Both the position numbers and the translations under genes were made by a program. The notes beneath the pieces were generated by a model. That model saw nothing but the letters and a program-made list of their open reading frames with translations. It did no database searches and had not been told where the DNA came from. Of a DNA stretch of 64,000 nucleotides, positions 12,246-24,100 are shown piece after piece. Position 1 is the stretch's first letter; every line of letters starts with the position of its first letter. This stretch comes from Leptogorgia sarmentosa (taxonomy: Eukaryota). The stretch is from the NCBI GenBank assembly GCA_964658305.1, contig OZ210885.1:17422001-17486000 (forward strand), read 5' to 3'.

Positions 12246-14279
12246 GATTACAATGAATGAGAAGGTTAATCGCAATGCATGCAGCCACATTCATGTTTTA
12301 ACCACCTGGGAATAACGCAAGTATTCGAATACCTATTTTACGAAACCGCCACCATGCGCGCATACATGTTTACTTTGTTTTGCCTTACTTGCATGTTATC
12401 ATGAACAGAGTTGGGCTTCGTTTAGAACAAAATAGGGGAAATTTTGAAGAATAACACTACTGGTTTGTAACCTCGACTATTATTTTCGATGTCATTTGGG
12501 AATTCCAACAACCTGTCAGTTTGTAAAATTTAATTTATGCAAATTGTTTGCAACGCATTAATGAGCTACAAGTCACCACAAAATCAGGTTCGGAAATTGA
12601 AACGCTAAAATTCCGAAATTTCAAACGTCGCGCGTTTGCGTTTGTGTGCACCAAATGCTCTCAAACTTGAATAACTTATGAAACTTGTTCCATAGATTTA
12701 GGCTGTCAAATCAAATTGCATTTTCCGCCTCACATTTTTTCGCGCAAACCATTTTTACTACGGCTTTTTATAACACTTTTCGTAGTTGTAAAATGGTCGT
12801 TTTCTGCAAACTTTTAGTGTAGGATGTATCCGAAGGGCTCAAACTACTTAGATATACCAATGGTTTGCAATGGGGTGCGTGCGCTTCGGCCTAAAAGACA
12901 TTTTTCGCGAGTATACTTTTTTTTGATACACCCTGTAGTTTGAAGTGAAAATTGTATGTCTAGTATTCAAACAATTCGAATTAAGTAATTAAAAGAGATT
13001 TAAATCAATTTCTCAGGTTGAAACAAGGACTTTTATAACTTATTAAAGTTCTTCAGTATAAAGAATTAGTTTCTGTTTGAATGTAATTATAATATATGGA
13101 GATCTATTATTAGATGTTATATGTAGTGTGCCACAGGCTAGCCATCCCCTCCTTTTGAGTTTTGACAATTCTAATTATTAAGGTTCTTTACATGATATAG
13201 CTTCTGCTCATCTGTGTGCACATTCTCTTATATATATATGTATATATACGGTGATTAAAAGTATAAATTTGGACACTTACTAAATTTCAGTATTAGACAA
13301 TTACTAAATGTCGGGCCTGTAGCATATAAGGTGTAAACTACTAATTGTATATATCAAACAAGAAGAGACTTTGAATCCGAAAGGTTTCGTAGTCATTATT
13401 AGCTAAACCTTCTCGAAACTATTTTGGGAATTTAAGGCAGGTTAGAACATGAAGAATTTGTTAAATCTGCTCAAGAAATAGTACACTTTAACTCTTAAAA
13501 CTTTTAAATGATGGTAAATAGTAAGCGCGCAACATGTGGTCTTTATCAGCAGATTTAATCTGCTTATGAATATGCGATGAATGTTGTGACGAATGTCGTG
13601 ATGAATGTTGTGACAACTTCACAGTGGTTTTGAATTCTATAAAGAATGGAATGCATGCCAGGTGGAATTGGCTATAAAAGAAGCATTTGAGGATAAAATC
13701 CCTCCACATACAGATTTTGAAATCCTGATGTCTATCCACAGTTCTCTGGTTGCACCAACACTTGCTCCTGGACAGAAAGGCCTAAATGGTGTAATGATTC
13801 ATCGCATATTCAAGGGATTAAAACCTGTTTATGTACAACCAGCAGATCAAATTGTTGACTCAACCAGACTGCCTTTGTCATCACAAAATAACAAGATGGT
13901 AATGATATTTATTATAATTTAAGTCACCACAAATATCAATGCCCTTTCTACTGTGTGAGGTATATATATTTGCATCATTTAAAGGATGGTTGATACATGT
14001 AAATTGTAAATAATAGGAGAATTTTTGGAATAATTTGTGTACATACGTACACATGTAGACTTTCTCACTTATTACACCTGTGTTATTTGTTTGTGTTCCA
14101 AACTTTCGATTCACTCTATACTGGAGTTATTATTATTTGGCGTAGATATTTTATTTTAATTTCACTCATTGTTCTGCATTTAGACTGAAGAAACCCTTGA
14201 AGAACACATTGAGAATGAAACTCATTTTATGGATGTTCAGCCACTTATTACACGTTTTGCACAACCAGTTGATCCATAC

Positions 14280-14447
14280 GAGATTCAGTCAACTAATTCA
14301 CCTCAGATTCAGTCAACTAATTCACCTCAGATTCAGCCAACTAATTCACCTCAGATTCAGCCAACTAATTCACCTCAAGTTCAGCCAACTAATTCACCTC
14401 AGCTTCAGCCAACTAATTCACCTCAGGTTCAGCCAGATTATTCACCT
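14280..14447 (+). repeat. Coding 24-bp tandem repeat (QxQPTNSP) x7
   Basis: Directly visible CAGCCAACTAATTCACCTCAG units; ORF 14229-14549. Confidence 0.9.
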
Positions 14448-15167
14448 CATTCTGATATATCATATCAAGTACAACCAACTAATGATGACAGTTCAGAAAC
14501 TGGTGAGTTTTTTATTGAATTACATACATGTACATGCAATTCTGTGTGATGTTTCAATTGAGTCATTTGTGGTAATGCACCCTGATGTGCTCTACTTTAT
14601 TGTTTATCAAGGAAATTAATTAAGTGCTTGCCACTCAATGGATTAACATAATCAGAGCAAATAATAGGGTACTCTTGTTGTATTCTATATCAATTGTACT
14701 AGTTTGTTTAAGACAGGATGAAAACACCTACATACATGTTTATAACATGATGGCTTTTTTATTAGGTAGTGAGATACAAGTACTTGATGGAATTCCAGAA
14801 TCACATTCTGTCCCAGATGATGTTCTTTTAAACAGGATTGCCACAATTTTATTTGTCAATGGGAGAGTGCTGTTACACAATGGAGTATTCACCATGCTAT
14901 TGTTGTTTACAAGTCATATCGCAGAAAATATTGTTAGCCTTGCAAAAAGTATACCAAAAATGTCTAACAGACTGACATTGCACATTCACAGATATTACAT
15001 CCAGATATTAATTACTTTCTTTGTTTTTGTTGTTTGGAAAAGGTTTATTACTTTTACCAATTGTTATATTATCCCCTTTTATTCTTCAGTTGAAAATTTT
15101 TTGGAACTAGACGATGAAATTCTGGAACATAGAAACATCATTGTGCACAGGAATCTGATACGAAATG

Positions 15168-18108
15168 CAGACCTGCCAACCTCAGAGAGTAAAAAATCTG
15201 GAGATTTTCTTCTCAAGTGTTAAAAAAATCTGGAGATTTCACAAAAAGTAGTGAGAATGAATTAATTTGACTGTTTTTAACGTTTACAATTGTTGGGTTA
15301 GGGTTAGGTTATGTTACAACAGTTGGATCCGACGGTTTGAGACTATAGTCATTTTCTTTAATCCTGTCGGATGGAAAATAGAGCATGTTCTATTTCTATC
15401 CAATTTTTAGATTGTCGGATCCAACCGTTTTTTAAGCGTGTTCACACGATCCGGCAATTGGATCCAACGGTCGAGTCTGCAATAACAAACTTTGTAATGA
15501 GCAGAAAAAAAAGCGCAAAACTGACTTTACTGCATCTTTAATATATACAGTACTTATAGTGTTTCAAGTTTTGAATAGTTTAGTTTCTGTGCTCCCTGTT
15601 ATATGCTGCAGTGGCCTTCTTCGATGAGGTCAAAAGTTCATCATCCGGTATCCACTTGTAACAAGGTGTACTTGACTCAGGGTACGAGCACTTCATGGCT
15701 AGAATACTAGACAGTGTGCCGTCAAGTTTTAAACTTGAACGACTCTCAGTTTTGTTCTTTCGGACAATGCTAAACAGGCGTTCTTCCTCCGCATTACTGT
15801 GAGGTATTATCAGCACCGCTTCTGCAATTCTAACAAGATATCGAAACCTTTTGACTGAGGTGCCAGGTTGCTTCATGTTTCCAATGTACCACCAGAGTAT
15901 ATCAGCACGATAATGAGCAACTTCTGTGCCATCCTCTTCAACACCATCAACAACTTTTGCGACTTCCCAAGCATCCTTACCAATGTCTGCGTCACTTAAT
16001 CCTTGATAATCACAGAATTCATCATAGAGACTATCAGCTGAAATTTCTTTGAAGACTGGCTGATACCTGTTATGGAAATATTCCACATTCTCCCATTCCA
16101 CCCTAATGCGTTCTGGAACGTTGATCCACACTGCATTTGATATCGCTTCATCGTTCAAAGGAAATTTTCTAAGAATGTAGTCCAGTGAACTTTTAAAATA
16201 GTGGTGGGCAGCAATGAAAAACTTCTGATATACAGCTGGAGAGATATCTCCTTCGTTCAACAGCTTGTTGAGTGTGAACTTGACCATACCTCCAAGGAAA
16301 ATAGATGAGTTTGATTTGAATATTTCCTCATCCTCTAGGTTAAGATCTGCAATTGCAGTATCTCTAATAATGTCTGCTTTGACAATACGATTTGCAATTT
16401 TTTTGGCCAGAGTTATCATCGATTCTTGCAAAATATGTATTGTTGGCTCACTTCTTTGCAAGAGTTGATTGAAGTGAGTAAACAACTGAATTGATGCATT
16501 ATGGAACAAAAGGACACATTCCATGATAGGGTTTGAAAATGCTTCTTTTAACCGCTTAAACCTTGCATCTTCAAAATTTTCACTCAGAAAGTAGGCTTTC
16601 AAACTTGGAAATTTCTTTAGTGCTCTTTCAATGCATCTTTCTAAAGATAGCCAGCGGCAAGAGACATGCTTCAGAATTTTTTGATACTCTTGATCACAAA
16701 ACTCAAAATATTCGGTCAGCTTTCCCTTCCGCTTGGAACTTTTGTCAAACCAGTAGTACAAATCTATCAAAAAATCTTCAACATTGATACCAACAAAGTT
16801 TGTGAAGGAATCATTTGCTTGGGTTGCGGCAAGATGTGCTAAGTGACATGTGCATCCAGAAATGAAGATATTTGGATTCATGTTTTTACACCGTGATGCT
16901 ATAGAATTGTGCCTCCCTATCATTGCACTTGTGTTGACCACACTAAGGCTAACAGAGTTTATCCAAGGAATTTGGTCTTCTGTGAACTTCTCATTCATGA
17001 CATCAAATATGGCAGCTGCCTTTCCACCATCTTCCCCACTGGTAATACACATATCAAAAAACTGACTTGTAACTACTTTTGAAGAATTAACATAAAAAAT
17101 ACGAATAGTTACAGGGTTCATTTTTTCAACTCCTGTGTAATTCGAGCCATCTATTCCTAAACTAAAAGGATGGGTCTTACAATGCTCTACCACATATTTA
17201 TGGCAGTGAGGGCCCATTGCAACATTCAAAACAGCGGATGTTTTGGTACGACCTGAAGCATAAGACAATGCTATTTTGCTGTCCGGAAAAATTTCTTTAA
17301 ACAGAGGGCCCAAGTGATCTGCTGTAGATAATGGCAGATTATGCTGCACGAGGAAGTTTGTTACCATCACCTCAGCTTTAATAACGTCCTTATTGAATGC
17401 AGAATCGCTACCTCCAGGTTTTTTGAGGAATTGTGCAATTGACTGGCTTTTGTTGTTGGCTTTTACGTTTCTTTTGTGCGACTCGCGTTCGCAATGAACA
17501 ATGACATCTCGCATTCCTTGATGATCACAACGAACAGACTTTTTACACGGCACGCAATGGAAACTAAAAAGATCATTAGCCACTGATTTCACTGGATACT
17601 TTTGAGCCCACGATGGATTGTATTTGACACGGTACTTTGCAGCTCCGTGAAATTTTCTCGGAGTTTGACTTCTCGCTCGCGTTGTACTTGTTGTTGTGCC
17701 TTCGTTGTCAGATTGGGCACTATCATAGTCATCTTCTGAGTTTGATTTTGAGTTGTTGTCTTCCGGTTCCAATTCATTGCTTTCATCAATATTAAAAGGT
17801 CGTTTTGCCATGACGCCATGTTGAATTTAAATAAAAGCCAATGTGATGCATAATTTATGTATGTTACGCATTGGCCTGTAAATAAATTATCATAAATAAC
17901 TTGTCTGCCCGAATCTAGAGTATTTTTTAACTTAGAAATTAAAAACAAGTAGTAATTAAATTCCTGTTCAAGAGTCGCAATGTAAATTGCAAAACATGAA
18001 ATAAAGAATTAAAATTAATCGTGAGAAACCTGAGTCATGTCGTGAGACCGTGAGAAATGTACAAAAATCGTGTGACACACGGTGGAATCGTGAGAGTTGG
18101 CAGGTCTG
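15168..18108 (-). mobile_element. hAT DNA transposon with 6-bp TSD (copy 1)
   Basis: TIR CAGACCTGCCAACTCTCA / TGAGAGTTGGCAGGTCTG; TSD GAAATG at 15162-15167 and 18109-18114. Confidence 0.93.
15580..17811 (-). CDS. hAT transposase, 743 aa (second catalytic Asp replaced by Val)
   Basis: BED-like CxxC..H..H, SLGIDGS, SLSVVNT (D>V vs copy 2), GCTCH, RWLS, PHSNAEEERLFS dimerisation motif. Confidence 0.9.
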   Translation of the reverse strand: MAKRPFNIDESNELEPEDNNSKSNSEDDYDSAQSDNEGTTTSTTRARSQTPRKFHGAAKYRVKYNPSWAQKYPVKSVANDLFSFHCVPCKKSVRCDHQGMRDVIVHCERESHKRNVKANNKSQSIAQFLKKPGGSDSAFNKDVIKAEVMVTNFLVQHNLPLSTADHLGPLFKEIFPDSKIALSYASGRTKTSAVLNVAMGPHCHKYVVEHCKTHPFSLGIDGSNYTGVEKMNPVTIRIFYVNSSKVVTSQFFDMCITSGEDGGKAAAIFDVMNEKFTEDQIPWINSVSLSVVNTSAMIGRHNSIASRCKNMNPNIFISGCTCHLAHLAATQANDSFTNFVGINVEDFLIDLYYWFDKSSKRKGKLTEYFEFCDQEYQKILKHVSCRWLSLERCIERALKKFPSLKAYFLSENFEDARFKRLKEAFSNPIMECVLLFHNASIQLFTHFNQLLQRSEPTIHILQESMITLAKKIANRIVKADIIRDTAIADLNLEDEEIFKSNSSIFLGGMVKFTLNKLLNEGDISPAVYQKFFIAAHHYFKSSLDYILRKFPLNDEAISNAVWINVPERIRVEWENVEYFHNRYQPVFKEISADSLYDEFCDYQGLSDADIGKDAWEVAKVVDGVEEDGTEVAHYRADILWWYIGNMKQPGTSVKRFRYLVRIAEAVLIIPHSNAEEERLFSIVRKNKTESRSSLKLDGTLSSILAMKCSYPESSTPCYKWIPDDELLTSSKKATAAYNREHRN

Positions 18109-19674
18109 GAAATGAAGTAGTAGAAATCTTCCAAGATGTCTCCAAGGAGATGTATGATGCCAAAAAACCAACCCCAAGGAAAATTGTTAAGCTTCTTCGT
18201 GCTAGTCCATTGTCTGAAGCTGAACATGCTTGTTTAGACCATCTAAAGAGATATATAAGGTCCCTAGATGGTGGTAGAGTAAGCCAGTTCTTTGCTTTTG
18301 TTACTGGTAGTGATGTTATTACTTGTACCAGCATAGGCGTTACGTTTTTGGAACTCACTGGAGCTTCTAGAAGGCCAATTGCTCACACTTGTGGCCCTGT
18401 ATTGGAACTACCCTCAACATACCAAGCATACAACGAGCTTGCAGAGGAGTTCAACTTTATCATAAAGGACACATTGGCCTGGGGGTTTACAATTGTTTAA
18501 TCTGGACTAGCTTTAACATAATCATTGCATGTTAGTTGCAAGGTTCTTGCCAACGTTAAACTCAGAGATGGTCTCCTCGCTCTCCTGTACTGATAGCTAC
18601 AAACTGTATTATTTGCATTTATGAAAAAACTGTTATGGTAGTTACAGCAATGTATTGTTTCATATTTATTATAAAGTTGTATTATTTTGTTCATGTTATG
18701 ATGGTGAATGTTGAGAATTCAATTAAATTTGCTTTTCTGTATGATTGTGTAAATTCAGGCTCATTTCCCTTCCTTATATGCAAAGTGGACTTGGCATTAT
18801 GTATAGTCTGTAAAATATAGTAGAGTTGATGAAGCAATGAAAGCACATCATTACAATCTGTGTTGGTATAAGTACAGTACATGGAGGAATTTGTTACTTT
18901 CTTGTCGCTTGTATGTTTTATTATTCTCAAGTCAGTCAATAGTAATATGTAAATTGAGCAATTGTTCATGGTACAGTTGAGGACCTGGAACATTGCTATT
19001 GGTTATGTAGGCAAGAATATAATGTGCATGTAATGAGGAAGACCAAATTTTTGCGCAAAGCAGGACAGAAAAAGATGAGTTGTATTTTATATTCATGTAC
19101 CTAACTGGTTACTAAGGTAAGGAAAATTTATTTCCAAATGTACTTTACTTGGAGGTGGAGGAAAGCAATCGGCCTGACTTTATTTGCTGCACGTCAACTT
19201 GCATTCAACCTAAATTGAAGCTTTGCAAAATGTCAAGAGCATTCGTGTAATGATTGATACTGTAGGATTCAATCGTAAGCCGGACATTAATACACTTTAA
19301 ACTCGTTGACGTTTATTCAGACGGTTCAACTACATAAACAAACATTACAATAAACATTAAACTACAATATACAGACGACTAAATACTAAGCTATACTATA
19401 TACACATGTGCATAAAACTTACAGATTTTGTCTTCTGTCCGGTAGCATTCACTGTTCATAGTAGAAATGTAGAAAAAAGATTCCGAAGCTAACTAACTAT
19501 TGACTTTATACGCTCACAATATAATTTATACACATGCAGACAATACGTTAATTAACAGGACAGACAACACAGTGGATTTAATCATGCATACAGATAATGG
19601 TTCCCATTTGGAATCAACATTCCGGCCCCGAAATGTTTCGTATGGAACATTTCCATAAGGTTAATTATAAGCAA

Positions 19675-20722
19675 TTATAGACTGTTCTTGCGGACTGACA
19701 TGTTCAAGATGAGGCTTCCAATAGTACGATTTTTGTCCACCGGACATTCAAGAACTGTAGATTTTGTCTTCAGGATCACTCGACGTACATAACCATCCTT
19801 AGTGTTAGGTTTCACTCTCAGTATACGACCAAGAGGCCATGATGATCTTGGTGAAGTTTCGTCGACGAGTAATACAACATCACCTGGAACAAAATTCCTT
19901 CGAGGATTCATCCACTTTTGTCTTCGTTGTAGTTCAGGCAGATATTCTTTCAGCCAACGACGCCAAAAAACGTCTGATAAATATTGAGCTTGCCTCCATC
20001 GACGTCTACAATACAAATCGGTTTCACGGAAAACTCCAGGGGGCAACGAGGGTCCTGGTCGTAGGAGAAGCAAGTGATTCGGCGTAAGGGCTTCTAAATC
20101 ATTTGGGTCATCAGATACTTTTGTCAAGGGTCTGCTATTCATTACCGCTTCGACTTCACACATGACCGTTGCCAGACATTCGTCGTCCACGGTTTGTTGT
20201 TTCAGGAGTGCCAATAGAATTTTCCGAACCGTTCTAATGCAGCGTTCCCAAACTCCACCATGATGGGATCCTAAAGGTGGATTAAAAATCCATTTGACGT
20301 TTTGCTGCAGGAGGTATTGGTGGATTTTCTCTTGGTTCCAGTTTTCAATTGCGCTACGGATCTCCTTTTCACCACTCACAAAATTACTGCCATTATCAGA
20401 TCTAATTACTTCTGGTTTTCCTCTTCTGGCGATGAATCTACGAAGAGCGTGAAGGAACGAACTTGTATCAAGGCTTTGTATAACTTCAATATGGACCGCA
20501 CGTATTGCCAAGCACGTAAATAACACACCATATCTCTTTACGAGACTTTGACTTCTCTTAACAAGAAATGGTCCGAAACAGTCCACTCCGACGCATGCGA
20601 ATGGTGGCTTATCTGGAGTAACACGATGCTGTGGTAAATCTGCCATTTTCTGTTCCCCGACTGGTGCTTGTCGCCTTCTGCAACCAATGCAACTTCTCAA
20701 TATTTCCTTCAGAATATTCCTC
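19675..20722 (-). CDS. BEL/Pao integrase (3' part of pol of element 1)
   Basis: CIGC, GVDCFGP, RSDNGSNF, GGVWER, NSRPL, LTPNHLL, WPLGRI motifs; in frame with upstream pol when the Academ is removed (IVGAR|NILKEILRSC). Confidence 0.9.
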
Positions 20723-21189
20723 TAGTGCAGCGGGTAACTATAATAATTGTGCGTTTTTTGAGAAAAGCATGAAATTACTAACATAGTTAGTGCATACCAT
20801 AAAGCTTTATTTTCAGATGTGGAGGGAAGTCAGGTTTGACCTTGGGGACCGTGTAAGGTCAATCCAAGATGGACGCCATTTCTCATGACGTAATCACACC
20901 AACCACACTAAAATTTGGAGCCAAGCAGTGTAGAAAAACATATTAGGTGTCTTTGTATGATAAAATTATGAATACACGTCCAATTGGTGATACGTTTAAG
21001 ACAGTCTGCACGGAATAACACACAGTTATTTCAAGGTCAATCAATCTATGTTAAATATTTATTTAATGTCATATAATTGAAAGGAGTCCATTGGCACTTT
21101 CAAACGTTTATTTTTCCAAAAATATAGCACCTGAAACTTTAAAATAACTATTTACATAACAAGAAGTGATGCATCACAATTGTCGAAAT

Positions 21190-24100
21190 CTAACAGTCTC
21201 CAGAGCAGACACACAGTGCTGTGCACTTTAGAGCAGCTTTGACACATTTGCAGCGTCCAGTGCACCCTTTCTTACAGCTGCAGTGGATCAATTCATGGCA
21301 CGATTTCGATGCTTCGGGAAGAGTGGTCCAAAGAGGCTGCCACCCAGTTGTGTCCCTTGTCCATCCCCAGTCAGATGGGTCTGGCATCTCTGGATCCTTC
21401 ACTAATGCCTGGTTCCAACAGTGAGCCTGGTAGCGAGTCCGCTTGATATGTTGCTTGAGTGCAGCTTGTGTTGGAGGGATGTTTTCTAAAGTTCTAGACT
21501 TCTGTGTGAAGAGCTGTTTCCTGGCATCATTGACGTTAGTACTCTCGCTGGTTCGGTCGTACATCAACACCACATATCGCTCTAGCAGTAACAAAGCTTT
21601 TTCACTGATCTCATTTGGCATGCATAGGAGTTCACTGAAAGCGTCAATCACATCTGGAAAAGACTTCAATGTTTGCCATGCTGTCTTCTTTCCTCTGCCA
21701 GCGAATGTAGATACAGTATCACAGCCAGTATATGCGTGAAAGACTGGAAGAGCGAGACATTCTGAGGGAGACATTGTGGAAACTATTTTGTGAATAGCTA
21801 TGTACCGAAAACTTGATCCGGCGCCAAAAGCAATCCATAGCTCATCAGGGCCAATCTTGCTGAATGAAGCCACAGCCAGTACCACCACATCAGTATCAAT
21901 GGTTCGTATAGTGATCTTTGTACACCCCTTTTGCACAGCATCTGCCGCATGCAGAAGTAGACGAGTGTCGGCTTCCTCTTGCGAACACGGGGCAAGGCGG
22001 GCTAAATTAGACTCAGCAGGAGAACAGAGGACTCCACTTCCATCACTTGCATATAGTTCCTTGCCATCTGCTAGCAGAATATGAACAACTTTTTGTGACA
22101 AGAAAGTGAACAATTCAGTCTTGTTCTGATCGACTCGAAGGAAGTCCTTCCAGTTCTTAGGCATTGCAGTGGAAGCAGCGACCCTTTTCCTGGTTCCTTT
22201 CCCCCTCTTCTGCCTGGTGGAGGCCTTCAGGCTTGCAGGTAGGTATACATCCCAGACAAGGTCGACGTGGTGACTCTTCTGGAATTGGGCAGCGATGTAC
22301 GGTGTTAACACTCTTTCACCATATTCTTGAAAAGTTTTTGATGTTCCAGGATTCAGCATTTGGACCACAGCTGCACCATCAAGAATTGTTGCATCAACCA
22401 CTGGCACGCCACTTTGTTCAGGCAAATCTGCTTCCAGACAGCGAAGTAGATCTGCTTTAACACCACTCCGCATCTTTCCTGCAATTGACAGAGCTGGTGG
22501 AGCCGACTGGTTTTCATGAGCAAAGAATGTGTCGATGTCTCCATCACGAGTTTGACAAGAGATGTATAACCTCGAAAAGAGACCACAGTCACTCTTCAGT
22601 GCTGCCAGCTGTGCTTTCTGTTTTGATTGAACTTTGACAGGCGGCCTACTAAACAATGGCAGCTTGTTCTTTGGAAGTGCTTCCCTGATAGGTGTTTTAC
22701 ACTGTTCTAGCCTCTCTGTGACAAACTTGATGTATTGCTCTTCACCCAGGGTCTCGATCTTTCTCACAGTTTCTGCCACTTCAGCATCTACAATGTCCCG
22801 TGTATCAATGACTAGTAGGTCTTCACTGTGTTCTAAGAACAGATTTCCCATCTCGTCCAGCACTGTTACAAGTGCTTTAAGCTCTTTCAAGAATGCTGCT
22901 TGCACCCCATGTCGCTGGTCATGATGACTGCATTTAGTGTCATGATGTTGCTTCATGGCCTGTTCCTCAAACTCTGTTGTAAGTCTGGCGATTTCTGGCC
23001 CTGCTACCATCCAATGTCTCAGTGCTCCAGGATTGCCAGTCAATCCAATAGCCCCACCAGAGCCTTTCACCATTGCATTGTTCTGCTCGTGAGACTGATC
23101 AAGTGCCATGGCAGAGAATTTGTTGCTGGTTTTGTGTACCACAAAGTTTCCTAACTTGAATTCAGCGAAAACATCTGGGTGTTTTTCAGCAAGTGTCGTC
23201 ATGTCGCGGATGTGTACGAAAAGCCATCTCGAGTAGTGTGTATGATCTAGAGCGAACATCCAAGGCATGATCTGCGTCAGGGAGTCCACATACAGTTGGA
23301 AGTTACCTTCACGTAGTGATCTAATGTACCGCAACAAGAGAAGCTCCAATGACAACGTCTTAAGCCAGTAGTCAAAGTGAACACTAGCATATGCTCGCTG
23401 TATGCACCACTCCTCGAAAGATGGAGTATCCGGTTGCATAGCATCAGTATATTCGGATGTGCTGTCTTCATCGTAGGCTTTTTGGAGGAGTGCGTAAAGG
23501 CTTGCAGCTGTGACCTGGTGTGCATGGCGGGTCTTTGTGACATGGCTGGCGTTTATGAAGGAATTTGCTGTTCCAGCACTTGCAATGTCAGCCTGTACCA
23601 GGGCATTCGTCCAGCCACTATCTTCCAGCCAGTCTCCGAGCAACTTCAGCATGGCCATCTCGATATGTAGACCACCAAACATGATTAAGAAGTGATCCTC
23701 TCCGTGAATGACTGGCCAAGTCCACTGGATTTCCTTGGCAAGTGCATATAGTGGTTGGTCAGCAGCAAGGACGGGCACCTGACCAGGGTTCAAATGTTGA
23801 ACTGCCGCCTTGACAATGTCCATGGAGTGCCGTATCATTGCTACTGAGTGCGCATTGTCAAGAAACAAAGGCAATAGTGCATTAATTGCTGGAGGTGGTA
23901 TGACAGCTTGGTGCATGTCAGCATGGTAAGCAGACCACGATATCCAGCCATCAACAGTGGATTTTTCAAGAGCTGTCTTGACTTTTCTGAGCCATAGATA
24001 TTCATCTTCTGTGGCAGCTGCAACTGCTGGCAGGTTGGAAGGTCTCGCTGGGCCTTGAATAGTTGGAGCGGTGAATTCCTTGGTCTTGAAGGCAGCTGGC

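Larger units (their letters stand above)
10179..12935 (-). mobile_element. Tc1/mariner DD41D (rosa/Visitor-type) element with 462-bp TIRs, TA TSD
   Basis: TA|CAGGGTGTATCAAAAAAAAG... and ...CTTTTTTTTGATACACCCTG|TA; near-identical TIRs 10179-10640 and 12474-12935. Confidence 0.93.
13625..18500 (+). pseudogene. Spliced HECT-domain (G2E3-like) ubiquitin-ligase gene, interrupted by a hAT element and apparently internally deleted
   Basis: Exons ~13625-13898, 14184-14502, 14766-?, 15090-15167 joined to 18115-18500; removing the hAT restores IVHRNLIRN|EVVEIFQD; C-terminus FFAFVTGSD...RRPIAHTCGPVLELPSTY is a HECT C-lobe with catalytic Cys. 5' exons not found. Confidence 0.75.

Noticed and set aside
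14624..15223. 199-aa hydrophobic ORF
   Set aside because: Mostly intron-like read-through joining two HECT-gene exons and ending inside the hAT TIR.
15295..15312. GGGTTA telomere-like repeats
   Set aside because: Only 2-3 units inside a transposon next to MITE-like sequence; not an interstitial telomere.
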